This document shows, in pieces, positions 29,196 to 39,387 of a stretch of DNA of 64,000 nt (its first letter is position 1; each line of letters starts with the position of its first letter). The position numbers and the translations under genes are program-made. This DNA is from an uncultured Acidobacteriota bacterium (lineage in GTDB: Bacteria; Acidobacteriota; Thermoanaerobaculia; UBA5066), in assembly GCA_963779415.1 (NCBI GenBank), contig CAVZYA010000001.1:672001-736000 (forward strand). The letters are read 5' to 3'. Below the pieces are notes generated by a model. That model was not told the origin of the DNA, ran no database searches, and saw only the letters and a list, made by a program, of their open reading frames with translations.

Positions 29196-29960
29196 TCACA
29201 CCAGGTAATAGACTTCGGGCTGGGTTCCGAGGCCAGGCCGGCGGCGGATCGCGAACCGCGACCGGAGCAGCCGCCGCACCTCGGAGCCCGGATCGTTCAG
29301 GTCGCCGAAGGTCATCGCCTTTTCCTTGCAGGCCGCCACGCAGGCCGGCGGCTCTCCCTTGTCGACGAGCTCGTCGCAGAAGGTGCACTTCTCGACGACC
29401 CCCTTGGTCCGCGTCGGGAAGTCCCGGTTCAGCTCCTTGATGAAGGGGCGCGGCTCCTCCCAGTTGAAGCTCCGCGACCCGTAGGGGCAGGCCGCCATGC
29501 AGTAGCGGCACCCGATGCATCGGTGCCAGTCCATCATCACGATCCCGTCCGGGCGCTTCCAGGTCGCCTCGGTGGGACAGACACGCGCGCAGGGGGGGTT
29601 GTCGCAGTGGTTGCAGAAGACGAGGGCCGGCCTCGAGGTGAGCGCCTCCGCGACGTACGGCGATTCCTCGTTCGGGAAGACGTTCGGGAACGGCTCCTCC
29701 CAGATCCACTTCACCTCGTGCCTCGGGTTCGGGATGGACGGGACGTTATGGGCCCGGCGGCAGGCCTCGATGCACGCCGTGCAGTCGTCCTTCTCGAGGC
29801 ACTTCGTGAGATCCACGACCATCGCCCGGCGGACCCCCTTCGGGGCCTCTCCGGCCGAGGCCTCCGCGGCGTCGTCGAAGCGGAAGAGGGTGGCGCCGCC
29901 GGCAGCGACGAGAGCGGCCAGGCCGGCCCGCTTGAGGAAACTCCTGCGGTCCTCTCCCAT
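29196..29960 (-). CDS. dsrO: DsrO, periplasmic Fe-S protein
   Basis: Tat signal DRRSFLK; CNHCDNPPCARVCP, CIGCRYCMAACP, KCTFC. Confidence 0.93.
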   Translation of the reverse strand: MGEDRRSFLKRAGLAALVAAGGATLFRFDDAAEASAGEAPKGVRRAMVVDLTKCLEKDDCTACIEACRRAHNVPSIPNPRHEVKWIWEEPFPNVFPNEESPYVAEALTSRPALVFCNHCDNPPCARVCPTEATWKRPDGIVMMDWHRCIGCRYCMAACPYGSRSFNWEEPRPFIKELNRDFPTRTKGVVEKCTFCDELVDKGEPPACVAACKEKAMTFGDLNDPGSEVRRLLRSRFAIRRRPGLGTQPEVYYLV

Positions 29961-30340
29961 CACGACTTCTCCTTCGGCTCGATGTGGCACTCCCAGCAGT
30001 AGGGTTTGACGGCCATGTCGTTGTGGCAGCTGTCGCAGAACTCGACCTTGTTGGGATGGCAGCGCATGCAGGTTCCGGAGAGGCTCATCGTCACGGTCCT
30101 GCCGTCCGCGCCCCGGTATGTTCGCTCCCCCCGCCGGACGACGCTGTCCCGCCAGGAGTTGAGGAGGGCCATGTGGCTTTCCCGCATCGTCTCCCGGGAT
30201 TCCACGCACTTTTTCTCCGTCGTGACGATCTTCGGATCCGGCCTCGGAACGGTGGTGCTGATCGCGGGCCGCCAGACGGGAAAGAGCCCCAGGACCAGAA
30301 AGGCCGCCAGACCGGCCAGGATCTTGCCTCCGTCATGCAT
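29960..30340 (-). CDS. dsrJ: DsrJ, triheme cytochrome c
   Basis: CMRCH, CDSCH, CWECH; MRESHM..L.SWRDSVVR. Confidence 0.93.
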   Translation of the reverse strand: MHDGGKILAGLAAFLVLGLFPVWRPAISTTVPRPDPKIVTTEKKCVESRETMRESHMALLNSWRDSVVRRGERTYRGADGRTVTMSLSGTCMRCHPNKVEFCDSCHNDMAVKPYCWECHIEPKEKS

Positions 30341-31952
30341 CGGGCTTCACCTCCAAGCCGGCGAACGGGATTCCCCGGAGGTCCGTCGTCCGCGCCTTCT
30401 CCCCCTTCATCACGAGCGCGTTGCCGACCAGCTCGTGGACGCCGGAGACTCCCACCTCGGGCACCCAGTACTCCATCAGGGTAGAGAGGACGGCACGGTC
30501 GATGGCGCAGATGCAGCTCAGGAGGTTCACGCCGTGCTTCTCGTGGACGTACCGGACGGCGGTGGCCCTCGGGAGGCCGCCCCGGAGCCGCATCTCCATG
30601 TTCTCGTCGTTTCCGAGGCCAGCGCCTCCGCCGCAGCAGAAGGTCTGTTCGCGGATGGTGTTCTCGGGCATCTCGAAGTAGTTGTTGCAGACCGATTTGA
30701 GAAGGTAGCGCGGCTCCTCCAGAATCCCCATCCCCCGCGCCGGGTTGCACGAGTCATGGAACGTCACGCGCCGGTGGTCGTTCCTTCTCGGGTCGAGATT
30801 GAGCAGGCCATGGTGGACGAGATCCGCGGTGAACTCGCAGATGTGCACCATCTTCGTCGACGAGGTGTTCTCGAAGCGCGTCTTGGTAAAGGGGCTCACC
30901 GGCACCTCGAGGAAGTCCGCCGGACCGTTCATGGTGTCCATGTACTGGTTGAGGACCCGCCACATGTGCCCGCACTCGCCGCCGAGGAGCCACTTGACCT
31001 TCAGGCGGGCCGCCTCGTGGTAGATCTTGTAGTTCAGCCTCTTGATCGTGTCGTGGGAGGTGAAGAGGCCGAAGTTCCCCCCCTCCGAGGCGTAGGCCGA
31101 GAGCGTGTAGTCGAGCCCGAGCTCGTGGAACAGGAGGAGGTACCCCATGAAGGTGTAGATGCCGGGGTCGGCGAAGTAGTCCGCCGAGGGGACCACGAAG
31201 AGGACCTCCGCCCCCTTCCGGTTGATCGACGGAGCCACCCGGATCCCCGTGATTCCTTCCAGCTCGTCGACGAGGAAGTCGACGTTGTCCTTGAAGGTGT
31301 GCGGCTGGATTCCGAGGTGGTTTCCCGTCCGGTCGCAGTTGGCGACCGGCTCGATCACCCAGTTGATGTTGAGGCCGACGAGATTCATCAGCTCCCGGGC
31401 GTGCATCGTGATCTCGGCCGTATCGATTCCGTAAGGGCAGAAGACCGAGCAGCGGCGGCACTCCGTGCACTGGAAGAAGTAGTAGTACCACTCCTTGAGG
31501 AGATCCGGGCTCAGCTTGCGGGCCCCGGCGACGTGGCCGAGGATCCTGCCGGCCGTCGTGAAGTCGTTCCGGTAGACCGAGCGGAGGAGCTCGGCCCGGA
31601 GGACCGGCATGTTCTTCGGATCCCCGGAGCCGAGAAAGAAGTGGCATTTGTCGGCGCAGGCTCCGCACCGGACGCAGATGTCCAGAAAGAGCTTGAGAGA
31701 CCGGTATTTGACCAGTCGCTCGGCGAGGCCGTCCTTGATGATCTGCTGCCAGTTCTCGGGGAGCTTCCAGTCCGCGTCCGTCGGAGACCAGTCACGTGGA
31801 TTCGGGAGGCCGAGGTAGCGGAGGTTCTTGGCCGCCCCGGGATAGGACCAGGAGCCCTTGCGCGCCTCGAAGTCGATCCGCGGGTCCGTCCAGTCGCTCG
31901 ACGGGGGTGTGTAGTCGATCTGTACGAGCTGCTCTTTGCTCTTCTCCGCCAT
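30333..31952 (-). CDS. dsrK: DsrK, HdrD-like Fe-S subunit
   Basis: CVRCGACADKCH, CTECRRCSVFCPYGIDT, GECGHMWR, HDSCN, CCGGGAG. Confidence 0.95.
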   Translation of the reverse strand: MAEKSKEQLVQIDYTPPSSDWTDPRIDFEARKGSWSYPGAAKNLRYLGLPNPRDWSPTDADWKLPENWQQIIKDGLAERLVKYRSLKLFLDICVRCGACADKCHFFLGSGDPKNMPVLRAELLRSVYRNDFTTAGRILGHVAGARKLSPDLLKEWYYYFFQCTECRRCSVFCPYGIDTAEITMHARELMNLVGLNINWVIEPVANCDRTGNHLGIQPHTFKDNVDFLVDELEGITGIRVAPSINRKGAEVLFVVPSADYFADPGIYTFMGYLLLFHELGLDYTLSAYASEGGNFGLFTSHDTIKRLNYKIYHEAARLKVKWLLGGECGHMWRVLNQYMDTMNGPADFLEVPVSPFTKTRFENTSSTKMVHICEFTADLVHHGLLNLDPRRNDHRRVTFHDSCNPARGMGILEEPRYLLKSVCNNYFEMPENTIREQTFCCGGGAGLGNDENMEMRLRGGLPRATAVRYVHEKHGVNLLSCICAIDRAVLSTLMEYWVPEVGVSGVHELVGNALVMKGEKARTTDLRGIPFAGLEVKPDA

Positions 31953-31955
31953 GTC

Positions 31956-32945
31956 TCACTTCCCGTCGAGAGGGATACCGGCCGCCACGAGCTTGTCGTG
32001 GAACTCGTGCTCCCATTCGGCATAGGTGTGTCCGATGATCGGCGGGTTCCACGGATTGACGTGCCGACGCATCCGGTTGTTGTTGGCGAGGTTCCGCGTG
32101 GGGGAGAGGAAGACCCCCGCCATGTGGACGAGCTTGGAGAAGGGGAAGTAGGCGAAAAGAACGCAGATGAGGAAGAGATGGACGTAGAAGATCGGGGCGA
32201 TCCCCTTCGGAAGCGCCGGGTGGAACGTCACGAGGCCGAGGGCCAGGTTCTTCACCGCTTCGAGATCCACTCGGGTCACGTAGCGAAGCAGGACGCCGGA
32301 GAGGCCGATCCCCAGGATGAGGACGAGGGGAAAGTAGTCGGCGTGGAGGGAGAGGTATCGAAGGCGGGGATCGGCGAGGCGCCGGACGAGCAGGAATCCG
32401 ACGGCGACCACGAGGAGGATGTTCGTGATGTAGACCTCGGGCACGCCCGCCTGGAAGAAACCGTCCAGCGCCTGCATCCACGAGACGAACGCCGGAACGG
32501 GCGCCGCGAAGAACCGATAGTGGCGCAGGAGGATGACGAGGAAGGAATAATGGAAGGCGAGGGCGGCCGCCCAGAGCCACTTGTCGCCCGAGTAGACGAG
32601 GCGCCCCCCCTCTTTCAGCTCGGCCCGGGTGTTCCGGAAGAGCGAGCGGAAGGCCAGGACCTCCAAGAGCATCCGGCCGATCGCTCCGAGGCCCGTGGAC
32701 GGATTCTCCAGACGGGCGTGCTTGATCCAGGGAAGGGAGCGCTGCTGCCCGCATGTCGTCGGGATCCGGAACGGAACGGCCGAGCGTGCCCAGCCGATCA
32801 CCCGTGCCGTGATCCCGATGAAGAACACCGCCACGGCGAGGTAGGGGAACGCGATGGCCAGGACCGCCTCGCCTCCCGCCCGAGCCCCGGCGTAGGCGGC
32901 GAGCGAAAGCGCCCCGACCAGAATGAACGAACCGGCGATCCGCAT
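31956..32945 (-). CDS. dsrM: DsrM, NarI-like cytochrome b
   Basis: PFRIPTTCGQQRSL, FRSLFRN, AFHYSF, FPFSKLVHMAGVFLSPTRN. Confidence 0.95.
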   Translation of the reverse strand: MRIAGSFILVGALSLAAYAGARAGGEAVLAIAFPYLAVAVFFIGITARVIGWARSAVPFRIPTTCGQQRSLPWIKHARLENPSTGLGAIGRMLLEVLAFRSLFRNTRAELKEGGRLVYSGDKWLWAAALAFHYSFLVILLRHYRFFAAPVPAFVSWMQALDGFFQAGVPEVYITNILLVVAVGFLLVRRLADPRLRYLSLHADYFPLVLILGIGLSGVLLRYVTRVDLEAVKNLALGLVTFHPALPKGIAPIFYVHLFLICVLFAYFPFSKLVHMAGVFLSPTRNLANNNRMRRHVNPWNPPIIGHTYAEWEHEFHDKLVAAGIPLDGK

Positions 32946-32948
32946 CGG

Positions 32949-33500
32949 TCACGACCTCCCTTCGGCAGAGGAGCAGGTCCCGGTACCGGTCGCCCCGGAC
33001 GCTTCCGCGAGGAGCCCTGCCCGCTTCAGCAAGGAGTAGGTCCGCGCGGTGGCTTCCCGTGCGCGGAGCTCGGACATCTTGTCGCGGCAGGAGGCGTACC
33101 GGTCCCAGGCTTCGAGAGCCAGATCGTCGAGACGGGCATCGAGCCCGATCAGCTCATCGGCGCGTACCCCGGCCAGCTCGCCACGTAGCACGTCGGCGAG
33201 GGCGCGCCTGAAGAGAAAGACGAATCCGACGGCCTGGCGCGGAGAGAAGTTCTGCACGGCTCGCATCCGGACCAGCGCGTCCACCGGCGCCGCCAAATCC
33301 TCCGGACCGGCACCGGTGACGAGGACCCCGGTCAACTCGTCGATCGCCTGACGGATCGTCGCGCCGACAGGGTTCTGGAAGCCGTCCTTCTCCTGCCGGA
33401 GAAAGGCCACGGCCTGCGGCGGGTAGCTCTCCAGGACCAGTTCCCTCCAGCGATCGGCCAGCGCCTCCCTCTTCTCTCGGAGGATCTCCGCGAGTCCCAT
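32949..33500 (-). CDS. dsrT: DsrT (RsbRD-N domain)
   Basis: W...LESYP...FL..EKDGFQNPVG...RMRAVQNFSPRQAVGF; lies directly before dsrM. Confidence 0.88.
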   Translation of the reverse strand: MGLAEILREKREALADRWRELVLESYPPQAVAFLRQEKDGFQNPVGATIRQAIDELTGVLVTGAGPEDLAAPVDALVRMRAVQNFSPRQAVGFVFLFRRALADVLRGELAGVRADELIGLDARLDDLALEAWDRYASCRDKMSELRAREATARTYSLLKRAGLLAEASGATGTGTCSSAEGRS

Positions 33501-33518
33501 CGGGTGCCTTCGGGCTCC

Positions 33519-33836
33519 CTAGACGCAGCCGGTCGGCTTCGCGAGTCCGGCCACCTTGCAGGCGCCCTTGGCGGGACCTGACGGGAAGAGGGCGTAGACC
33601 TTCTTGAGGTCGAATCCCGTCTCCTTGCACAGCTTGCGGATCATCGGGGCGACGCCGAACTGCAGGAAGTAGTTCCGGAGATAGTTCACGAGCTTCCAGT
33701 GTTCCTCGGTCAGCTCGTTGACGCCTTCCGTCGTCGCGAGGGCCTTGGCGACTTCCTCGTTCCACTTGTCCGGCTCCTGCATGAAGCCGTCCTCGTCGAC
33801 GTCGATGGTGACCGATCCGTGGGTGAAGATGGACAT
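33519..33836 (-). CDS. dsrC: DsrC sulfur-carrier protein
   Basis: Both C-terminal cysteines: LFPSGPAKGACKVAGLAKPTGCV. Confidence 0.97.
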   Translation of the reverse strand: MSIFTHGSVTIDVDEDGFMQEPDKWNEEVAKALATTEGVNELTEEHWKLVNYLRNYFLQFGVAPMIRKLCKETGFDLKKVYALFPSGPAKGACKVAGLAKPTGCV

Positions 33837-33870
33837 CTCTTGCCTCCTTGTGTCGTCCCGTGCCGGGAGC

Positions 33871-34437
33871 TCAGCTCCCCGCCTTTTCGTTGACTGTGAG
33901 GGCGGGAACGGGCCCGCCCTTCGCCTTCTCCAGCGCCTTGAGAAATTCCGGAGCGGGGCTGAACCCTTCCTCCAGCGCGGCCTCGAGGTGCGCCTCGCTT
34001 TCTGCCACCTTCCCGAGAGCCAGAAGCCCCACCGCGAGGTGGTAGTGGCTCCCCGCGTGACGGCCGTCCCGCTCGAGGGCTCGCCTGAAGCAAGCCACCA
34101 TCGCCTCGGCCTCGCCGAGGTAGAGGTGGCCGAGCCCTTCCCCGTAATGAGCCATCAGAAGATCCGGCCGGACCTCCCTGGCCTTGCGGTTGGCTTCCAC
34201 GCAGCCCCGGAAGTCGAGGCGGGAGAGGAGGATCCCCCCGAGGTTCACGAGGGCCTCGGGGAAGCCGGGGCGGAGTTCCAGTGCCCTCTTGAACTCCGCT
34301 TCCGCTCCCTTGGCCAGGTTCCTTTCGAGAAGCGCGGTGCCGAGGTTGAAGTGGGCGGCCGCAGACTCCGGGTCGCTCTCCGCCTCACGGCGCCACCGCT
34401 CCACCTTCTCCGGCCCGGCCGGGACGGCGTCTTTCAT
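33871..34437 (-). CDS. TPR-repeat protein
   Basis: AAAHFNLG, EALVNLGG, MAHYGEG, SHYHLAVG repeats; start MKDAVP. Confidence 0.82.
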   Translation of the reverse strand: MKDAVPAGPEKVERWRREAESDPESAAAHFNLGTALLERNLAKGAEAEFKRALELRPGFPEALVNLGGILLSRLDFRGCVEANRKAREVRPDLLMAHYGEGLGHLYLGEAEAMVACFRRALERDGRHAGSHYHLAVGLLALGKVAESEAHLEAALEEGFSPAPEFLKALEKAKGGPVPALTVNEKAGS

Positions 34438-34892
34438 GATCGAGCCTTCCTTTCGCAGGACGTGATGGACTTGGCCATTCCGGCCACGGCGGATCTCGCG
34501 TCGTGGCGTGCCACGATCCGGACCACCTCCACGAGGGCCTCGCGCAGCCCGGGATCTGCGGTCAGAGCGAGAAGGCTCGGAACGAGCGGCAGGAGCAGCT
34601 GCGGGGACTCCTCCGCGATGGCGCGAAGCACCTCGGGCGCCGTAAGGGCGTGCGTTCCGGACTCGTCGTTCATAGACCAGATCAGCCGCCGCGCGACCTC
34701 CTGCACGAGCTGCGGGTGGTGGCGGCTGGCGAGAGCCACCGCGCGGGCCGCGGCCGCCCGGACGTCGGGCTCGGGCCGGTACGTCAGGGCGACGAGATAG
34801 CGAAGGGCTCTCTTGTCCGAGGCCACGATGGCGGCGAGGTCGTCGAAGCGGTGACCCCGGACGGCCTCCATCACCCGTTCTCTCACGCCCAC
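34434..34892 (-). CDS. HEAT-repeat protein (DVU0298-like)
   Basis: GTG start after GGAGG; VRAAAARA...RRLIWSMNDESG...APEVL. Confidence 0.7.
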   Translation of the reverse strand: MGVRERVMEAVRGHRFDDLAAIVASDKRALRYLVALTYRPEPDVRAAAARAVALASRHHPQLVQEVARRLIWSMNDESGTHALTAPEVLRAIAEESPQLLLPLVPSLLALTADPGLREALVEVVRIVARHDARSAVAGMAKSITSCERKARS

Positions 34893-36268
34893 GGTTCGCC
34901 TCCTCGGGCGGCGCGGACCATCGCCGGCGCCCACTCGGGCACTCCGGAGGCGTGCAGGTGGGTATACGTCGCCACCGTGCTCCCAACATGGACGCCGTCC
35001 CGGCCGCTTCCCAGACCGACGCCCCGGTCGATGGCGAGAACCGTACGGAAAGCGTCGGCTCCTTCGGTCACGCGCGAGTAGTGGAACTCGTGGCCGCGGA
35101 TCACGCTTCCGTCGGCGAGGAACGGGTTCGGAGAATCGACCCGCGCCGCCACGTAGCCGTGGCCCTGAGGCCGGGCGGTCTGTTCGACGTGGATCGGGAG
35201 CGCTCCCACCATAGGCCGGGAGACGCCGTCGGTGACGAGCTGCTGTGCCAGATACATCAGTCCGCCGCACTCGGCCCACGTCGGAAGCCCTTCCGCGAGG
35301 CGCCGGCGAAGCTCGTGGCGGAAGGGGCGGTTCTCGGCCAGTCGGGCGGCATAGACCTCGGGGAAGCCGCCACCGATGTAGAAGGCGTCGAGGTCCGGAA
35401 GCGTCTCGTCCGCAGTCGGGGAGACGAAGACCAGATCGGCGCCCGCCTGCTCCAGCTCCTCGAGGTTCTCGGGGTAGTAGAACGAGAAGGCCACGTCGCG
35501 GGCCACGCCGATTCGCACGCGGGAAGCCGGCGGTGCCGGGCGCGGGCCCTCGGGCGTCACCTCGAGCCGGGGCGCATCCCCGGCCACCTTGAGCAAGGCT
35601 CCGACGTCCACCGATCCCTCGACCAGATCGGCGGCACGCTCGAGCATCTCCTCGGAGCGGGGATGCTCGGCGACCGTGACGAGGCCCAGGTGCCGGCTCG
35701 GCAATTCGAGCTTCTCGGTGCGAGGAATCGCCCCCAGGACCGGCACGTCGGTGGTTCCGGCGATGGCCTCGCGGATCACGGCCTCGTGCCGGCTGCCGGA
35801 GACGCGGTTCAGGATGACGGCGGCGAGATTGAGCTTGGGATCCAGCACCTCGCAGCCTAGGACCTGTGCGGCGACCGTGCGGGTCACCTTGGTGGCGTCA
35901 ACGACGAGGACGACCGGCGCACCGGTAAGTTTGGCGAGCTGCGCCGTCGAATGGGACCCCTCGCTGTCCATCCCGTCGAAGAGGCCGCGGTTCCCTTCGA
36001 TGACCGCGATGTCGTGGGCGCGCGCCGCGCGCGCGAGCGACGTGTGGATGGCCGAGTCGGACATCAGATACGTGTCGAGGTTGCGCGCGGAAGATCCCGC
36101 CGCCGCCGCGAGCCACGCCGAGTCGATGTAGTCGGGCCCTTTCTTGAAGGTCGCCACGTGAAGACCGCGGCGCCGGAGGGCCCGGGCCAGCCCGGTGGAG
36201 ACGAGCGTCTTTCCCGTATCCCCGGCCAGTCCGGCCACGACCAGGCGCGCCAGAGCGATTTGAGCCAA
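34883..36268 (-). CDS. dsrN: DsrN, cobyrinate a,c-diamide synthase-like (siroheme amidase)
   Basis: GDTGKT, FKKGPDYID, EGNRGLFDG, FSFYYPEN, AECGGLMYL, GHEFHYS; dsr context. Confidence 0.9.
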   Translation of the reverse strand: MAQIALARLVVAGLAGDTGKTLVSTGLARALRRRGLHVATFKKGPDYIDSAWLAAAAGSSARNLDTYLMSDSAIHTSLARAARAHDIAVIEGNRGLFDGMDSEGSHSTAQLAKLTGAPVVLVVDATKVTRTVAAQVLGCEVLDPKLNLAAVILNRVSGSRHEAVIREAIAGTTDVPVLGAIPRTEKLELPSRHLGLVTVAEHPRSEEMLERAADLVEGSVDVGALLKVAGDAPRLEVTPEGPRPAPPASRVRIGVARDVAFSFYYPENLEELEQAGADLVFVSPTADETLPDLDAFYIGGGFPEVYAARLAENRPFRHELRRRLAEGLPTWAECGGLMYLAQQLVTDGVSRPMVGALPIHVEQTARPQGHGYVAARVDSPNPFLADGSVIRGHEFHYSRVTEGADAFRTVLAIDRGVGLGSGRDGVHVGSTVATYTHLHASGVPEWAPAMVRAARGGEPWA

Positions 36269-36283
36269 TGGGGCCCCCGTCTC

Positions 36284-37959
36284 CTACACCATCTCGAGGT
36301 AGCCGCAGGGGCACTCTTCGGCGCACTTCTTGCAGCCGTCGCAGAGTTCGAGCTTGATCTTGAAGTAGTGCCCGGGGTACTTCTCTTCGAGCTTGGCGAA
36401 GCATGACGACTGGCAGTACATCCAGCACTTCTCGCAGTCGAAGCAGAGTCCGCAGGAGAGGCAGCGTCCGACCTCGGCGAGGAACTGCTCCCGCGTGATC
36501 CCGTGGTCGATCTCGGCGTTCCCGTCGGCGAGTCTCTCCTCGGGAGAGAGAATGGCGCGTTCGGCGCGAGGCTTTGCTTCGTACGTGTCCAGCTTCAGAC
36601 GGGAAGCGGGAATCTTGGGCCGTTCGTCCTTCTTCGCCGGCGGGAGGCCGCGCAGCGCCGCGTGGATCGTCTCGGCAGCCCGCCGTCCCTGGTAGATCGC
36701 GATCGTCGCGAGCCCGAGCTCCAGGTCGTCGCCGCCGGCCCAGACGCCCTCGGCCACCTTCCCTTCCTCGTCCGCCTTGAACCAGCCCCTCTCGGCCCCG
36801 AGAGCGGCGACCCGCTCCGCTTCCGGCTCCTGCGAGATGGCCGCGATCACCGTATCCACGGGGATCTCGTACTCGGACCCCGCGACCGGCACCGGACGGC
36901 GGCGGCCCGAGGAGTCGGGCTCTCCCAGCTCCATCCGCTGGACCCGGAGCGCCCGAAGCTTCCCGCCGTCCCGGAGGATCGCCACCGGCGCCGCGAGGAA
37001 GACGATGTCGATCTTCTCCTCGAGGGCCTGCTCCACTTCGCTTTCGATCGCCGGCATCTCCGTCCGCGTCCGGCGATAGACGATCGTCACCTTCGCTCCG
37101 AGCCGGAGCGCCACCCGCGCGGCGTCGATGGCGGTGTCGCCCCCCCGATCACGGCCACGCTCGCGCCCACGTCCACGCGCTCGCCCGAGTTTGCCCGGTT
37201 CAGGAACTCGGTCCCCGTCAAAACGCCGGGGCCCTCCTCGCCGGGGACCCCCATCTTCTTTCCGCGGTGGGCGCCGATGCCGACGAAGATCGACTTGTGG
37301 CGGGCCCGGAGCTCCTCGACCGGGACGTCGCGCCCGACCGCCGTGTTGAGCTTCAGCTCTACGCCGAGATCGACGATCCGCTTCACCTCCGCGTCGAGGA
37401 CGTCGTGGGGGAGCCGGTAGCGGGGGATGCCGTAGCGAAGCATGCCGCCCGCCTCGGGGAACGCCTCATAGACGGTCACCGGGTAGCCGCGCCGCGCGAG
37501 CTGGTAGGCGCAGGAGAGACCGGCAGGCCCCGCGCCGATGACGCCGATCGACTCCGGCTGTTTCTCTTCCGAGAGCCGCGCCAGCGAAAGACCTTTCTCC
37601 AGCCCCCAGTCCCCGACGAACCGCTCGAGGCAGTTGACCGCCACCGCCCCGTCCTTCTCGGCCCGGTTGCACTTCTCTTCGCAAGGATGCGGGCAGACCC
37701 GCCCCATCACGGCCGGGAACGGGTTGTACTCCACGATCGTCCGCCACGCCTTCTCGAAGGCCTGCTCCTCCGAAAGCCCGGTCTTCTCCCGCTGGGCGAT
37801 CGTCGTGATCCAGCCGCGGATGTCCGTGCCGCTCGGGCAGTTCCCGATGCAGGGGGCGAGCTTTTCCACGACCTGGGGACGGAGCGACGAAACCTGCGTC
37901 GCGCCGCTCCCTCCCATCCGAAGCGGAGGCTTCTTGGTGACCGTCTTCAGGAGTCCCAT
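36284..37959 (-). CDS. dsrL: DsrL NAD(P)H:acceptor oxidoreductase (YRR type), split by a 1-nt deletion at the 37140-37146 homopolymer
   Basis: SSLRP...APCIGNCPSG, GRVCPHPCE; adding one G restores VIGGGDTAIDAARVA; IVYRRTR; CLSCGLCFDCEKC and CDGCKKCAEECPCG. Confidence 0.88.
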
Positions 37960-38032
37960 CGTCTTCTTCTCTCTTTCAAACTCCCGACGCGATGGGCCTC
38001 CGGGGCGAAACACCCCGGAGGCCCGTGCGACG

Positions 38033-38272
38033 CTAGGCTTTGTCCGGAGGCAGCGTGATATAGCTCCCGCCGAAATACGAGTAGATGCAACGACCCGAGT
38101 CCATCAGCTGGCGGATCGCCTGCTTGCAGAGGTCCTTGGAGCACTCACCGTCGCCGAACTTCTCGATCATGGCCTTCGTCAGGTCCGTGGCCTTGAGGCT
38201 CTTCTTCCCGTGCGTCTCCGTGACGAGTTGGAACATGGCATCGGCGATCTGCTCGACACTCACAGGACTCAT
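38033..38272 (-). CDS. dsrD: DsrD
   Basis: 79 aa directly after dsrB; KKSLKATDL...KQAIRQLMDSGRCIYSYFGGSYI winged-helix pattern. Confidence 0.85.
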   Translation of the reverse strand: MSPVSVEQIADAMFQLVTETHGKKSLKATDLTKAMIEKFGDGECSKDLCKQAIRQLMDSGRCIYSYFGGSYITLPPDKA

Positions 38273-38282
38273 CGGATCCCCC

Positions 38283-39362
38283 TTATGCCTGCCGCATGTG
38301 GATCGAACGCCGGAACGTCTCCCCGGCGTGCTTGAAGTCGTCGATGTGGTACTTCGTGAACTCGATCCCCGTGATCTCGAAGAACTTGGGCCAGCCGATC
38401 CGCTCGATCCACTCCCCCATCCGCTCGAACTTGCGGGCGTTGGCGGCATAGACCTTGACGAGGTTGGAGACCGCGCTGACCACCTCGGGCCAGCGGGGCG
38501 GATTGTTCGGAATGAACGGGATCGCCAGCTTGGAGAACTTGGGCTCGGTCCGGGCGTTGGAGACCTTGCCCCCCACCCAGATGGAGATGCCGTCGTTCTC
38601 GGCGTCGGCGATCTTCAGGGCCGGGCAGACCGTGAAGCAGTTGCCACAGTACATGCACTGCTCCTCGATGATCTCGACGGACTGGGAGCCTTCGACCGTC
38701 TTGGGACGCACGGCGCCCGTCGGGCAGGAGGCCACGACGCTCGGGATCTCGCACATCTTCGGAAGGTCCTTGTGATTGATCTTGGGGGCCTTCCGGTGGA
38801 TGCCGAGGATGGCGATGTCGGAGCAGTGCACCGCGCCGCACATGTTCAGGCAGCAGGCGAAGGCGATCCGGAGCTTTCCCGGCATGTCGATGTTTGCAAA
38901 GTGCGGGTAGAGCTCGTCCATGACCGACTTCACGACTCCCGAGGCATCGGACGCCGCCGAGTGGCAGTGGACCCACCCCTGGGTGTGGACGCAGTTGGAG
39001 ATGGAAGGTCCGATGCCGCCCACCGGATACCCCTCCTTCTTCAGCGCCGCGATGAGCGGGTCGATCTTCGCGGGGTCCGTGGGAAGGAACTCCACGTTGT
39101 TCCGGCTGGTGAAACGGAGGTACCCGCCGGAGTACTCGTCCGCCAGCTTGGCGAAGAGACGGATCGTCTGGATGGAGAGGAGACGGGGCGAGGCGGCGCG
39201 AACCGTGTAGAGCTTGTCGCCGGTGGGGCCGACGTGGACCATCACGCCCGGCTTGACGATCTCGTGGTACTTCCACTTCCCGTAGTTCTTCTTGATGACG
39301 GGAGGAAGGAACTTCTCGTAGTTGGGCGGGCCGATGTCGGTTTTTCTCGGATTGGCGGACAT
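38283..39362 (-). CDS. dsrB: Dissimilatory sulfite reductase beta subunit
   Basis: [46 protein letters not shown]. Confidence 0.97.
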   Translation of the reverse strand: MSANPRKTDIGPPNYEKFLPPVIKKNYGKWKYHEIVKPGVMVHVGPTGDKLYTVRAASPRLLSIQTIRLFAKLADEYSGGYLRFTSRNNVEFLPTDPAKIDPLIAALKKEGYPVGGIGPSISNCVHTQGWVHCHSAASDASGVVKSVMDELYPHFANIDMPGKLRIAFACCLNMCGAVHCSDIAILGIHRKAPKINHKDLPKMCEIPSVVASCPTGAVRPKTVEGSQSVEIIEEQCMYCGNCFTVCPALKIADAENDGISIWVGGKVSNARTEPKFSKLAIPFIPNNPPRWPEVVSAVSNLVKVYAANARKFERMGEWIERIGWPKFFEITGIEFTKYHIDDFKHAGETFRRSIHMRQA

Positions 39363-39387
39363 TCGTAGGTACTCCTTTTCCCCGTCC

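Noticed and set aside
30006-33188. 1060-aa plus-strand ORF, and similar long antisense ORFs (3954..6425, 10267..12840, 54206..55993)
   Set aside because: Shadow frames opposite well-supported genes in high-GC DNA; no motifs
34883-36268. cbiA/cobB for cobalamin synthesis
   Set aside because: No other cob/cbi genes present; position in the dsr operon indicates DsrN
36284-37959. dsrL as two genes or a programmed frameshift
   Set aside because: Break lies in a G homopolymer inside the GGGDTA nucleotide-binding motif, and other indels in the window point to sequencing error
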